From the IMG/VR virus record IMGVR_UViG_3300018915_000002: 64,000 nt of DNA, one strand, 5' to 3'. The notes below the pieces were generated by a model, which saw only the letters and a program-made list of their open reading frames with translations, did not search any database and was not told the DNA's origin. This stretch comes from a virus. Each line of letters begins with the position of its first letter. The stretch's first letter is position 1. A program made the translations under genes and the position numbers. Positions 37,722 to 47,422 of this stretch are shown here, one piece after another.

Positions 37722-37928
37722 ACACTGAATCCCCTGGAAGAAAAATCCAAGGGGATTTTTTTTGGAACCTTTCGGTAAAAAAACGGATTCTGTCTGACAA
37801 TCCATGTGGTAGATTGTTGACAGATTTAGAAAGCAACTTCTTCTTTACAAAGCCCCTCCGGGTGAGCCGCTTTATGCGCTTCTTTCGGAGGGGCTTTGTC
37901 TTTTTGCCCCCTATCCTTCCCTGCTGCC

Positions 37929-39224
37929 ATGAAAAGAATCGCAACAACGTATGGTTTCGATGGACGGAATACAGTTACGGGGTTGCGTACCCCAACGGCT
38001 GATCTAGATGGATTGCGACTTATTGATCTGCGGACAGCCGAGACAACGATTAATAATGCGATCGCAGCAGGCGATCAACAGTTGCAGCAAAACCTGACGG
38101 CAGGTGATCAAGCTCTACAGAACAACCTCAATGCTGCGATCGCACAGCTAGAGGCAGCTTATCAAGCGGCTGACCAAGCCGAGATTGCTGCACGTCAAGC
38201 GGATATTCAAGCCTTGGTTAGCGGGTTCACGCCAAAAGATCCCGTTCATGCGGTAATTAATGTCCCCTCTACCCTGTCCGGACTTGATGTTACAAGCCCC
38301 TCGTTCACAGGAAGACTTCCTGCGTTAACGGATGGTGCGCCAACTCGTGTATTGGTAATTGGTCAGGGTGGGGATGCGATGACCCCAGATCCAGCCAACG
38401 GAATCTATACAGTTGCTACAGGAACCTGGACACGCGCCACTGACTTTGACGAAGACACTGAAGTTCGTCGCAGCATATTGGTTCCAGTTGGCAGGAATGG
38501 TGGGGATGATTTTGCTAATACAATCTTCTTCCTCCGAGATCCGGAAATCTTCCAGAATGTTGATGTTGGTGTCACCCCACTACGTTTTGCTCGGTGGCTA
38601 GGCACAGAAAACACCCGTGCTGATGAAAGTACTCTGCATCGTGAGGGCAATGTTTATTCCGCCCGACTCAATCCCGGACAGCTCCAGGCTGGAGCAACCG
38701 GAATTCAACTCACTCCAACCTTCGAGGCTAACCTCCGCAATCTTCCAGAGGCAACCGGACTTCTTGGGCTAAATCAGATTGCTGGACTTGATCCACATAT
38801 CCTGACCTTTGCCCTAAACCAGTTCACTGCCCCCACTGCTCCCGTTGCTTTTGGCAATCAAAAGCTAACTGCACTCGCTGATCCGACCGCAGATACGGAT
38901 GGTGTAAACCTGCGATCGCTTGAAGCTGCGATCTCTCAAGCCACAGCAATTCTGAATCAACAGATTGCGAATATCCTTGCGCGTGACTTTTCTACTCCTT
39001 TAATGGGTGCGCGGGAAGTGGATGGCGACACCATCTACGACGTGACACACAGTCTAGGCTCTCGCCTAATCCTGAAAGAAGTATTTGATAGCTCCACCGG
39101 CGAAACCGTCGATACCGATTTTGTTCGAGTTCAAGCGGACACCAATACCTGCCAAGTCATCTTCCGCAACCAAGTTGGCATCCCCGCTAACCGCTACATC
39201 TTGATGCTTCACAAAGTGGGATAA
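37929..39224 (+). CDS. Tail fibre/whisker-like structural protein
   Basis: RVLV..Q...NGIY....W.RA.D domain; L.DPT...D repeats; C-terminal THSLG domain. Confidence 0.7.
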   Translation: MKRIATTYGFDGRNTVTGLRTPTADLDGLRLIDLRTAETTINNAIAAGDQQLQQNLTAGDQALQNNLNAAIAQLEAAYQAADQAEIAARQADIQALVSGFTPKDPVHAVINVPSTLSGLDVTSPSFTGRLPALTDGAPTRVLVIGQGGDAMTPDPANGIYTVATGTWTRATDFDEDTEVRRSILVPVGRNGGDDFANTIFFLRDPEIFQNVDVGVTPLRFARWLGTENTRADESTLHREGNVYSARLNPGQLQAGATGIQLTPTFEANLRNLPEATGLLGLNQIAGLDPHILTFALNQFTAPTAPVAFGNQKLTALADPTADTDGVNLRSLEAAISQATAILNQQIANILARDFSTPLMGAREVDGDTIYDVTHSLGSRLILKEVFDSSTGETVDTDFVRVQADTNTCQVIFRNQVGIPANRYILMLHKVG

Positions 39225-39389
39225 ATGCCTGGAAAACGTAAGCGATTCCCAAACTTTTGGTGGGCGGTTCATAACCTGATCGCCCACCCTCTGTCCGAGA
39301 TTCTGTACTGGCTCGGATTAGAGGGGATTGGGACGCTCTTGCACGACGAAACCATGCCTGCACACGAGGAAGGGAAAGGTAGAGGATGA
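39225..39389 (+). CDS. 54-aa His-rich protein, not in the ORF track
   Basis: MPGKRKRFPNFWWAVHNLIAHPLSEILYWLGLEGIGTLLHDETMPAHEEGKGRG; coupled to both neighbours. Confidence 0.7.
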   Translation: MPGKRKRFPNFWWAVHNLIAHPLSEILYWLGLEGIGTLLHDETMPAHEEGKGRG

Positions 39390-39823
39390 CGCAATGCTTT
39401 GATCATAAGAAACTGATTGGTGGTGCGGCTTTCCCCGGAATTGGAGAGGGTTTGTTCCTGTTCACAGGAAACGATTCCGAGGTTGTGGGCGTATCTCTTC
39501 CTTCCATCCAATTTGCTCGGTTTGAGCAGCCTGTTCCTTCCTCTAATTGGTTTTTTGAGCATAACTTCGGTTCAATGCCCCTTGTGCAGGTCTATAACCT
39601 TTCAGGCAGTGTGATTAACGAAGCCGTTCACGTCAACGTCACATCAACTGCTGTCACCGTTTCAACAGAAGGGGGGGTTTTAATGGCAGGATTTGTCACC
39701 CTTCTGGTTGCAGGTGTAGGGGAAGGGGGGTCTGGTGGCGGTGGATCTGGAGGATCTGGTGGTTCTGGAGGGACAGAATCAGGACAACCGGTTGCGACAA
39801 ATATTGATGGAGGCGTATTTTGA
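39386..39823 (+). CDS. Fibre adaptor-like protein (HNFG domain, C-terminal IDGGVF)
   Basis: Domain similar to the C-termini of 37929 and 59500. Confidence 0.65.
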   Translation: MTQCFDHKKLIGGAAFPGIGEGLFLFTGNDSEVVGVSLPSIQFARFEQPVPSSNWFFEHNFGSMPLVQVYNLSGSVINEAVHVNVTSTAVTVSTEGGVLMAGFVTLLVAGVGEGGSGGGGSGGSGGSGGTESGQPVATNIDGGVF

Positions 39824-41193
39824 CTTTTACAATCCAAGTTAAGCGATCACCAAACAATACTCCTGCAAACCTTGCTCCTGGTGAGATGGCTTGGTCTGAA
39901 TCAAGTCAGACGTTCTTCATCGGGACAATTGGGGGAGGTGTTCTTCCGATCGCGGGTTTAGGGTCTCCCTTAACCAATCGAGCAAACCACAAAGGGACTG
40001 ATGGGGGCGCGGTAATTTACGCGGCTGACTTTGGGGCAGGGGGAGATTTAGTCTATTCAAAACCTACCTACAACACAGTAACGAGAGTCTCTGGTACGGA
40101 TACGACCTCAAAAATCCAGGACGCATTGAACGTCGCAGGTTCAAAGGTTCCCAGTGATGTCAACCTGGACTACGAACAATGCATCACCGTTGTTGTTCCT
40201 AGTGGCAAATACTTTATCTCTAGCCCTCTTGTCGTTCCTCCCAATGTTATTCTTGATGCGAGTAACGCCTACCTATTTAACTTCCTTGCTGACCCTTTTA
40301 CGCCAGTCGTACAAGGGTCTCGTCATAGCCATTGCACCCATATTTCGGTTCACGGAAATAGCAAATCAGGTATCGCCTGGGGAGATCAATCGGCTGGAGG
40401 AGTGCGGTGTGATTCGCGGTTAGAGAGCATTTATGTTGAACACGCAGGAGTAAATTATGACTCCAGTAGACCTGGAAATCAGCAAAAGTGTGGACTGCGT
40501 TTGAGTGGCTTGAACTTCCGACTAAATCGAGTTGAGATCAAGGAAGCTAACATCGGGCTGGACTTGTACCAAGCCTCAGATGTGCTTTGCCCCTCAGTTT
40601 TTATGATCGGCTGCTCTACCGGGATTCGCCTTGAGTCTTGCGAACAAGTCATCTTACCCCTAGTGGCATTGGATACCACAATCCAAACGGGTATCCAGAT
40701 TGACAACTCGAATAATGTTTACATGCAAGCCAATGCCTTTGTAAACAGCGACGGCTATGGGACTCCGATGGAATACGGGGTGGTGGTTGGCCGTTACTCA
40801 GGGATGACGAACAAAAATATTGTTCTTGATTACATTGCCCAATCCACAGGTGGCTATGCCTTAGAGGTCGGAAAAACGGAAGATTGCGAATTCTCAATCA
40901 AAGCGACCAATTCCCGCACATTCTCGCAGACTAGTGGCAGAGGCACAGCGAATAGCCACTGGAATCCGCTGCCATCTGGGGCGCTACTTGCTCATGATCT
41001 TGGGACTCGTTATTTCCCTTACGGCAACGAGGGTACTCCGGGAAGCCTGATTAAGTACATGGAAGGGTCAATCGGTTACCTGAAGATCCGACTAACCCGC
41101 AATAAATCAATTGCCAGAATCTACGAAGGCACTCCTTACGGTGTTCTCCTCGAAGAATCTGGTCTTTTAGCTATGGATGGAGGAGTGTTTTAA
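39820..41193 (+). CDS. Tail spike/depolymerase (pectate-lyase-3-like beta-helix)
   Basis: ADFGAGGD...DTT..IQ.AL...VVVPSGKY; N-terminal IQVKRS...GEMAW. Confidence 0.8.
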   Translation: MTFTIQVKRSPNNTPANLAPGEMAWSESSQTFFIGTIGGGVLPIAGLGSPLTNRANHKGTDGGAVIYAADFGAGGDLVYSKPTYNTVTRVSGTDTTSKIQDALNVAGSKVPSDVNLDYEQCITVVVPSGKYFISSPLVVPPNVILDASNAYLFNFLADPFTPVVQGSRHSHCTHISVHGNSKSGIAWGDQSAGGVRCDSRLESIYVEHAGVNYDSSRPGNQQKCGLRLSGLNFRLNRVEIKEANIGLDLYQASDVLCPSVFMIGCSTGIRLESCEQVILPLVALDTTIQTGIQIDNSNNVYMQANAFVNSDGYGTPMEYGVVVGRYSGMTNKNIVLDYIAQSTGGYALEVGKTEDCEFSIKATNSRTFSQTSGRGTANSHWNPLPSGALLAHDLGTRYFPYGNEGTPGSLIKYMEGSIGYLKIRLTRNKSIARIYEGTPYGVLLEESGLLAMDGGVF

Positions 41194-42180
41194 GTGTTAA
41201 TTCAAATCAAGAGATCACCCAATAATGTCGCTCCAGCAAGCCTTGCGCCAGGGGAATTGGCATGGGTAGAGGGATCTAAAACTATCTTTCTTGGCTTGAT
41301 TGGTGGAGGCATGGTCGCGATCGCTGGCGACGGTGCTGGCTACCTGAAAGAAAACCAGCAAGTCACCTTGTCTGGAGATGCTAGTGGCTCAGGGAAGACA
41401 GCTATTAATGTCGCCTTAGCCAACGTCGTTACGGCGGGTACGGGAACGAAAGTAACCTACGACAGCAAGGGACGTGTTACCGCCTCCGCCGCTTTGGGAG
41501 TGAGTGATGTTCCAGATTTGCCAACATCGAAGATCACTAACCTGCAAGCGACTCTTGATAGCAAGGCAACGCTGACCAACGGGAAGATTGCCCCAGAAGC
41601 ACTTCCAGCACTTGCAACTACAGAGACCTTTGTTGTCGCCTCCCAAGCTGCAATGCTTGCTCTCGCCGCTCAACGAGGCGACATGGCGGTGAGAACCGAT
41701 GGGGCAGGCAGTTTTATTTTGCAAGGGGAAACGCCTGGAACCCTATCAAATTGGGTGCGCCTAAATCCTCCAGATGCTGCTGCATCGGGAGTTCAAACGG
41801 TCAACGGGATAGCAGGTCCCAATGTCACCCTTGGAGCCAGTAACGTTCCCTTTGCTCCAACAGGGAATATTGCGGCAACCAACCTACAGGCAGCCCTAGC
41901 TGAACTGGATAGTGAAAAGCTCTCAGGCAACCAGCCGATAACGGTTTCGGGGGATGCAACAGGTACAGGGACAACAGCTATTGCTCTTACTCTTGCAAGT
42001 ATTGTTACGGCTGGAACAGCTCCCAAGGTGACCTTTAACAGCAAAGGTCTGATTACAGGAAGCTCTGCACTTGTGGCTGCTGATATTCCTGCGATCGCCA
42101 TCACCCAAGTTACGGGATTACGAGCCGAGCTTGATAGCAAGATGAATTCCACCGCCACAATCGACGGAGGAACGTTCTAG
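41194..42180 (+). CDS. Tail fibre protein
   Basis: IQIKRS...GELAW; duplicated NQ..T.SGDA.G.G...KVT..SKG; VQTVNG. Confidence 0.8.
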   Translation: MLIQIKRSPNNVAPASLAPGELAWVEGSKTIFLGLIGGGMVAIAGDGAGYLKENQQVTLSGDASGSGKTAINVALANVVTAGTGTKVTYDSKGRVTASAALGVSDVPDLPTSKITNLQATLDSKATLTNGKIAPEALPALATTETFVVASQAAMLALAAQRGDMAVRTDGAGSFILQGETPGTLSNWVRLNPPDAAASGVQTVNGIAGPNVTLGASNVPFAPTGNIAATNLQAALAELDSEKLSGNQPITVSGDATGTGTTAIALTLASIVTAGTAPKVTFNSKGLITGSSALVAADIPAIAITQVTGLRAELDSKMNSTATIDGGTF

Positions 42181-42686
42181 TGCCGCAAATTCTGCTCAAA
42201 CGTACTAATACTCAAAATCCACCCACAGGGCTTGCGGCAGGAGAGGCAGCTTGGTCAGAAAACGGCTTCCTATATATGGGTCGAGCCGATGGTTCTGTTG
42301 TTCCGATCGCTCAGGTTTCAGGGCTGCTACGGGTTGCCTCGGAAGTTCTGTTCGCAGGAGCTTTGGTCAACATGTGGAACAATAACGGCACAGAGTCCGT
42401 GCGGCTTGCCAATGCCAATACTGGGCATTCAGCCCACGGCTATGTGCTTGGTGCTGTCGCTGCGGGTGCTAGTACCTTTGTTGTCACCACCTATGGTGGT
42501 ATCAACCGTCAGGCAAGAGCGCCGGGAGGTGCGGCTCTCGTGACTGGAGAATACGCCCTTTCGGGTGACGCAGGCAGAATCGTTCCAATAGCAAATGCGC
42601 CTCCTTCTTCACTGATTTATCAACAGGTAGGAATGGTATCAGGCGCTGACCTTGTTTTTAATCCTGGCATGGTGATATGGCGGTAG
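42180..42686 (+). CDS. Fibre tip/decoration protein
   Basis: ILLKRT...GEAAW N-terminus. Confidence 0.65.
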   Translation: MPQILLKRTNTQNPPTGLAAGEAAWSENGFLYMGRADGSVVPIAQVSGLLRVASEVLFAGALVNMWNNNGTESVRLANANTGHSAHGYVLGAVAAGASTFVVTTYGGINRQARAPGGAALVTGEYALSGDAGRIVPIANAPPSSLIYQQVGMVSGADLVFNPGMVIWR

Positions 42687-43426
42687 AAGTTAATCAAACA
42701 AGTGATACCCTGCAACTGAAGCATCAGCCTACTGGGAAGTGGTCTGAAGGCGTAACCCTACTTCGCTTGGAGGAGGGGTTTGATATTCGGCTTGTTGACG
42801 AGCAGATGACGGAGATTGAATCCCTGGTTCAGGCTGTTGCTTCGCTTGCTACTTTATCTTCCGCTCAAGAAATCCAAAAGGGGATAAAAGCCGTTGAGGA
42901 ATCCTTGGGGAAATTACTCACTCAGGAGACAAATCAATCAACTAGCATCACTAACTTTTATCAGGCAGTATCCAATGCCGTAGCCCAGCTTACACAGCTT
43001 TCTACTGCTGCGAATGCGACCAATCAAAGCATCGCCTCTAACCTAACTGCCTTATCAAATGCGATCGCCTCCCTCACCACCTCCTTGACTCAGTTATCTA
43101 GTGATAGCGGTTCATCTGCGGTTGCGGATACGGGGGAATCGGAGATTGACGAGCGGGTGATTGTGATTCCTAGTGCGGGTAATGTTCAGTCCGTCATCTT
43201 GCCCAATACGACGCGATCGCTCGTGTTCTCTGGGAGGAAGGATAGTCTTGGGAGATCCCATGATATTTTCTGGTCGTTTCGGAACGACAATATGACTCAG
43301 GGGAAACACAAGATTTTATGGGCGTTTTGCGAATTTCAAAAAACAGGACTGAGTTTCAAAGATAAAGTTCTATACTTGTCTTGCGGTGCGCCAATTCAAA
43401 TCGATGTGTGCGCTTACTACTCTTGA
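42677..43426 (+). CDS. Coiled-coil structural protein
   Basis: Heptad repeats; lies in the fibre operon. Confidence 0.6.
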   Translation: MAVEVNQTSDTLQLKHQPTGKWSEGVTLLRLEEGFDIRLVDEQMTEIESLVQAVASLATLSSAQEIQKGIKAVEESLGKLLTQETNQSTSITNFYQAVSNAVAQLTQLSTAANATNQSIASNLTALSNAIASLTTSLTQLSSDSGSSAVADTGESEIDERVIVIPSAGNVQSVILPNTTRSLVFSGRKDSLGRSHDIFWSFRNDNMTQGKHKILWAFCEFQKTGLSFKDKVLYLSCGAPIQIDVCAYYS

Positions 43427-43431
43427 TCTAT

Positions 43432-43445
43432 CACGGCTCTCCGTG
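43432..43445. repeat. Palindrome variant CACGGC-TC-TCCGTG
   Basis: 1 mismatch; fills a 24-bp intergenic gap. Confidence 0.8.
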
Positions 43446-43450
43446 GCGAA

Positions 43451-44128
43451 ATGCAATATTTAACTAATCACTCTAATTCTTCTTCTGGAACCCTTGAGAT
43501 TATTCGTGTCGAATCACGAAAATACTGGTATAGGGGGTTAAAGCAGGCTGAGTTAATTATTCGGGAAAAAAAGGCAGCTTTGTCATCGAATCGGAGGGCA
43601 AGGGAACGGATGCTTCGAGACATTCAGTTGATCGAAGAGTCCTTAATCTATTTGCGCCCGATCTCCAAGATTCTTCGTCCTATCCCAATTTTGGGAACCT
43701 GGCTGTTTAATCGAGTTTGTGATCAAGACGATAAAATCGTCGATTGCAAAAATTCGATGATTGAAAACGAATCTTTATTCCGGGATTGTCAAACGGAATT
43801 AGAAGTTGCAACCCTAGAATACAATCGTATGCTCAAAGAGCATCCAGAGGCGACCGAGTTAAGTTTCCAGGAGTTAGAGGCTCTGCATGGATCAATTGCC
43901 CTTCTAGCGCAAAAAGCCAGCTTTGTGTCTCATCGAATGTTTGCGATAGAGACCGGATTACCGATAGAAGCAGCGATCGCGTTACTCGAAGCTGATCCCG
44001 AAGAGCGCGAATATCTTTGGGAGCGAATTGCGAAGGTAAGAAATGAAATCGGGGTAGGCGAAGCTGCTGCTTTCATGGGTGCAGTCTCTCCCGACCAATT
44101 ATTGGTTGAGGAGGGCGCTGTTGAGTAA
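43451..44128 (+). CDS. Coiled-coil hypothetical protein
   Basis: 225 aa, in operon. Confidence 0.65.
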   Translation: MQYLTNHSNSSSGTLEIIRVESRKYWYRGLKQAELIIREKKAALSSNRRARERMLRDIQLIEESLIYLRPISKILRPIPILGTWLFNRVCDQDDKIVDCKNSMIENESLFRDCQTELEVATLEYNRMLKEHPEATELSFQELEALHGSIALLAQKASFVSHRMFAIETGLPIEAAIALLEADPEEREYLWERIAKVRNEIGVGEAAAFMGAVSPDQLLVEEGAVE

Positions 44129-45314
44129 AAACATTAATGTCTATCCGGATGACTTTAGTCGCGTCATCACTAGCAATGGCGTGATTGATCCGAGTACTGC
44201 ACTGGAAACCGCTGTAAGTGGCTTGGAGATGGCCGCCCGTGACACCGCTTTACGTCTTGTACGGCAACGCCAGAAAGCAGCAAGAGCGATTATCGCAACC
44301 CAAAACAAAGTAGTTCGTGCCTCTCACAGACGGATGCCTCCGAGGATAGTGGGTAAGGCTATTACCCCTTCCGTGACCCTTGGTTCGTTCGCCTTTATGC
44401 CTGGAACAAAAGGGTTGCAGGTATTTAACCTCCTGAATGAGATATTTCGTCGATCCTCAAGCGTCCTTCCTAGTGAGCATGTTTATGGCTCGACTATTGG
44501 AAATGCCGAATCAGGGAAGTTTATTGGAGGTCACACGGATGCTATCGGAGCTGCCGTAATTGCCTCTATCGACAAGGTTCTGTACTTCCCTAATGAGCAA
44601 GTTAAGGGGCAAATAGCCAAGCTCTCCGAGCCGCGACTGTGTGCGATCGGGCAAATGGGAGATAGGACGAGGGGGATAATTGCTGGGGGAGTTAATTCCT
44701 TTGGAGTACTAAAGCAAGATTGCCATGTCTACAATCACTCCAACGACACAATCGCCTTGCTTGCGAACTTCCTTCAAAGAACCCGTTTCGCCCCTCATGG
44801 TGGGTTATCCAGTAAGTTTGCTGGATACACATTAGGTGGAAGTGAAAGGGCTTGGGGCGGACAACTGATTAATTCAATTGAAAAAGTGGATTATGTCACC
44901 GCTTTGTCGAGTTCTCGCTATATCACTGGAACTAGTCCCCATGCCCACGTCATTCACGCGACATTTGGAAACGATGTAGCAGGACATCTTGCGGGGGGAT
45001 CTAATTCTTTTCCTCCAAGCAGGAAGTGGAATACGAATGACATCACGGAATTTCCTTTCGCGACAGAGACCCCGTTCTTAAGCGCGACCAAGCTAACTAA
45101 CGAACTCGCCTGTTCGTTTGGCTCTGGAAATAGTGAAGCGGGTTATGTATTTTCAGGCTTTGTTGATAGCAATCTTTCGACTTTAACAAATAGTGGCGTT
45201 TTCAAATATCGCTATTTCGATAAACAAGCTTTCTTAGTTGACTCTCGCTTACTAGAGCAGGCATGGGATAGGGGTGCGGTGTCGGATTACGGAGCAGGAT
45301 TTAGCTATGCTTAA
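44121..45314 (+). CDS. Kelch-like beta-propeller protein
   Basis: Repeated G(Y/H/I)xxGG...I(D/E)K blades. Confidence 0.65.
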   Translation: MSKNINVYPDDFSRVITSNGVIDPSTALETAVSGLEMAARDTALRLVRQRQKAARAIIATQNKVVRASHRRMPPRIVGKAITPSVTLGSFAFMPGTKGLQVFNLLNEIFRRSSSVLPSEHVYGSTIGNAESGKFIGGHTDAIGAAVIASIDKVLYFPNEQVKGQIAKLSEPRLCAIGQMGDRTRGIIAGGVNSFGVLKQDCHVYNHSNDTIALLANFLQRTRFAPHGGLSSKFAGYTLGGSERAWGGQLINSIEKVDYVTALSSSRYITGTSPHAHVIHATFGNDVAGHLAGGSNSFPPSRKWNTNDITEFPFATETPFLSATKLTNELACSFGSGNSEAGYVFSGFVDSNLSTLTNSGVFKYRYFDKQAFLVDSRLLEQAWDRGAVSDYGAGFSYA

Positions 45315-47418
45315 AGCCAAGGTATTTTCTGCTATCCAAGGCAGTTTAAACAATCTGTTATCCTCCGATGTCCCTAATTTCAGTCGCTCTACCCCAACCT
45401 GGGTAGAGACTTATATTGGGGATTCACTGAAAATTGAATCAGTCGAGGCTTATCAACCCAGCATTCATCCAGAAGATAGTGCATTAATCCTGGAACCTTC
45501 TGGAATTAACCTAATTACCCACAACAGGAGCCTATCGCATAGCTCTTGGATTAAGGGAACCAATGTGAGGGTATATCGGGGGGAAGTTGAATCTCCCGAT
45601 ACAACTACGTTCCAAGGTGACCGAATTGACTGGGGGAACGGAGAAGGGGCAACTCAGCTAATAACCCGGAAGTTGTTTTTAAGAGCGGGGAAAACCTATA
45701 CCTTAAGTGCCTTTTTAAGGCTTCCCCCAGGAGAACAGGCATCCGACAAGGACGTGATGAGATGTGGGGGATCTGTCTTTGCTCTAAAGCGATTAAATGA
45801 AGCGATCAATCGCTATCGGATTTGCGAGTTTCAGTTCAAAACACCTGGGTCACAGCTAGTTCTTCCTTCGTATAGTCACAGCACGAGCTACAGCGTGACA
45901 GCGGTTACCCCAAATACAGTTACCCTTGCAATAACCGATGGAACTGTTGCGGCAAACCAGTTTACTGGGGGACAAGTTCAGTTTGGTACAGAAGCTCGTC
46001 TGTATTTAATCTTGGGTAATACGCCCTCCTCAGGCACGAATAACACGACAACCTTAACGCTAGATACAACGACGCTTGTCAGTGATGGGGTGACAGTGAG
46101 TAGTCCTGCGCGGCTTCATGGCGCTCCAGATCAATCCGTAGATTTAGAGTTCTACTGCGAGAGCAGCTTGTCGCTTCATTTTGGGGGAATTCAGCTTGAG
46201 GAAAGGGATTTCCGCACCTCAATGATTTACCAAGATGAAGCCTTTGAGGTTAGAGCCGCTACATTTTTGTCATATCGCCGCAATCCAATTGGCAAACTCA
46301 AGTCGTTTGGAGTCTTTGTTGACTTAAAAGAATGGCGAGGGGAGGGAAACTTAATAGATTTAGGGAACATCCAAGCCAGTATCACCAATAATCGCCTTGT
46401 TGTGGTTGCTGGTGGAGTGACGATGACTGCCCCTGAACCACTCCCAAAACGTTCCAAAATCTACATCCAGGTGTCCGCTGAGAATACTAATATCTGTGTG
46501 TACATCAATAAGATTTTGGTCGCCAAGTCCAACGTGTATGACTTTGCGGGAGATCATCGCGCTGAATTTCACTTGACTTCAGTTGGAATAAGGGCATTCT
46601 ATGCGATCGCATTTTTTGATCGCACTTTGCTGGATGGGCAACCTGCCACTAATCAACTCGCATCAAGTGAGGTTGCTGAATTGTTTGATACCAAGGTTCT
46701 CCTTGACTCCACGATGATTGCGGCAAATCCCTCTCCCTTCGTTTTACCTACTCTGACCGTCCCTCCGAGCCGACCACCCCTAGCGAGGTCTCAGATTAGA
46801 TCATTTAATCCCACGTCTGGGATAGTGACGCTCTATGACCGTGCAGGGTTTGCCGTGAACACTCCGGTGGCAATTGTCCGTGGGAATAGCGTTGTCTATA
46901 ACACACGTATTATTGCCATTCCTGCCTCATCCCCAAACGGAGTGCAGCTAGAAGTTGCTTATAGTATCGTTCCAGGCGATTACTTGGTCTATGGAAACGT
47001 TAATGAGCCAGGGCAAGCCACGGTACGTTTCCCTTACACTCCAATAGATAGTGCCACTATTTTAGATATTACTCCTAGCTTGAATCGACTAAAGATAGTC
47101 TCATCCTTGGCTTTCTCTCGTTCGAGAGCTTTTGTTACTTCAGATACCGATGAAGATATAGCTGAAGTCTCGATCACCAACAAGGATGACCAACAAGGTT
47201 TCTTGTTTGTCGATTCTCTTGATAGATTAGCAATTGGGCATATCATCTCTCAGCCAGAAGACGAACAAATCATCGATCCGAGCTGCTATGACGCATACCT
47301 GCTTCAAGAAATTGAAGGAGTGGAAATCGATGACAAATATACAAATGGGGTAAAAGTTATCAACCGTAATAGCGTCCCTATCGACGTTCAAGTCGCTATC
47401 CTGCCATCCGCATACTAA
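45307..47418 (+). CDS. Large structural protein with carbohydrate-binding/LamG-like domains
   Basis: LILEPSGINLI, YTLSAF, GIQLEE. Confidence 0.65.
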   Translation: MLKAKVFSAIQGSLNNLLSSDVPNFSRSTPTWVETYIGDSLKIESVEAYQPSIHPEDSALILEPSGINLITHNRSLSHSSWIKGTNVRVYRGEVESPDTTTFQGDRIDWGNGEGATQLITRKLFLRAGKTYTLSAFLRLPPGEQASDKDVMRCGGSVFALKRLNEAINRYRICEFQFKTPGSQLVLPSYSHSTSYSVTAVTPNTVTLAITDGTVAANQFTGGQVQFGTEARLYLILGNTPSSGTNNTTTLTLDTTTLVSDGVTVSSPARLHGAPDQSVDLEFYCESSLSLHFGGIQLEERDFRTSMIYQDEAFEVRAATFLSYRRNPIGKLKSFGVFVDLKEWRGEGNLIDLGNIQASITNNRLVVVAGGVTMTAPEPLPKRSKIYIQVSAENTNICVYINKILVAKSNVYDFAGDHRAEFHLTSVGIRAFYAIAFFDRTLLDGQPATNQLASSEVAELFDTKVLLDSTMIAANPSPFVLPTLTVPPSRPPLARSQIRSFNPTSGIVTLYDRAGFAVNTPVAIVRGNSVVYNTRIIAIPASSPNGVQLEVAYSIVPGDYLVYGNVNEPGQATVRFPYTPIDSATILDITPSLNRLKIVSSLAFSRSRAFVTSDTDEDIAEVSITNKDDQQGFLFVDSLDRLAIGHIISQPEDEQIIDPSCYDAYLLQEIEGVEIDDKYTNGVKVINRNSVPIDVQVAILPSAY

Positions 47419-47422
47419 TAAA

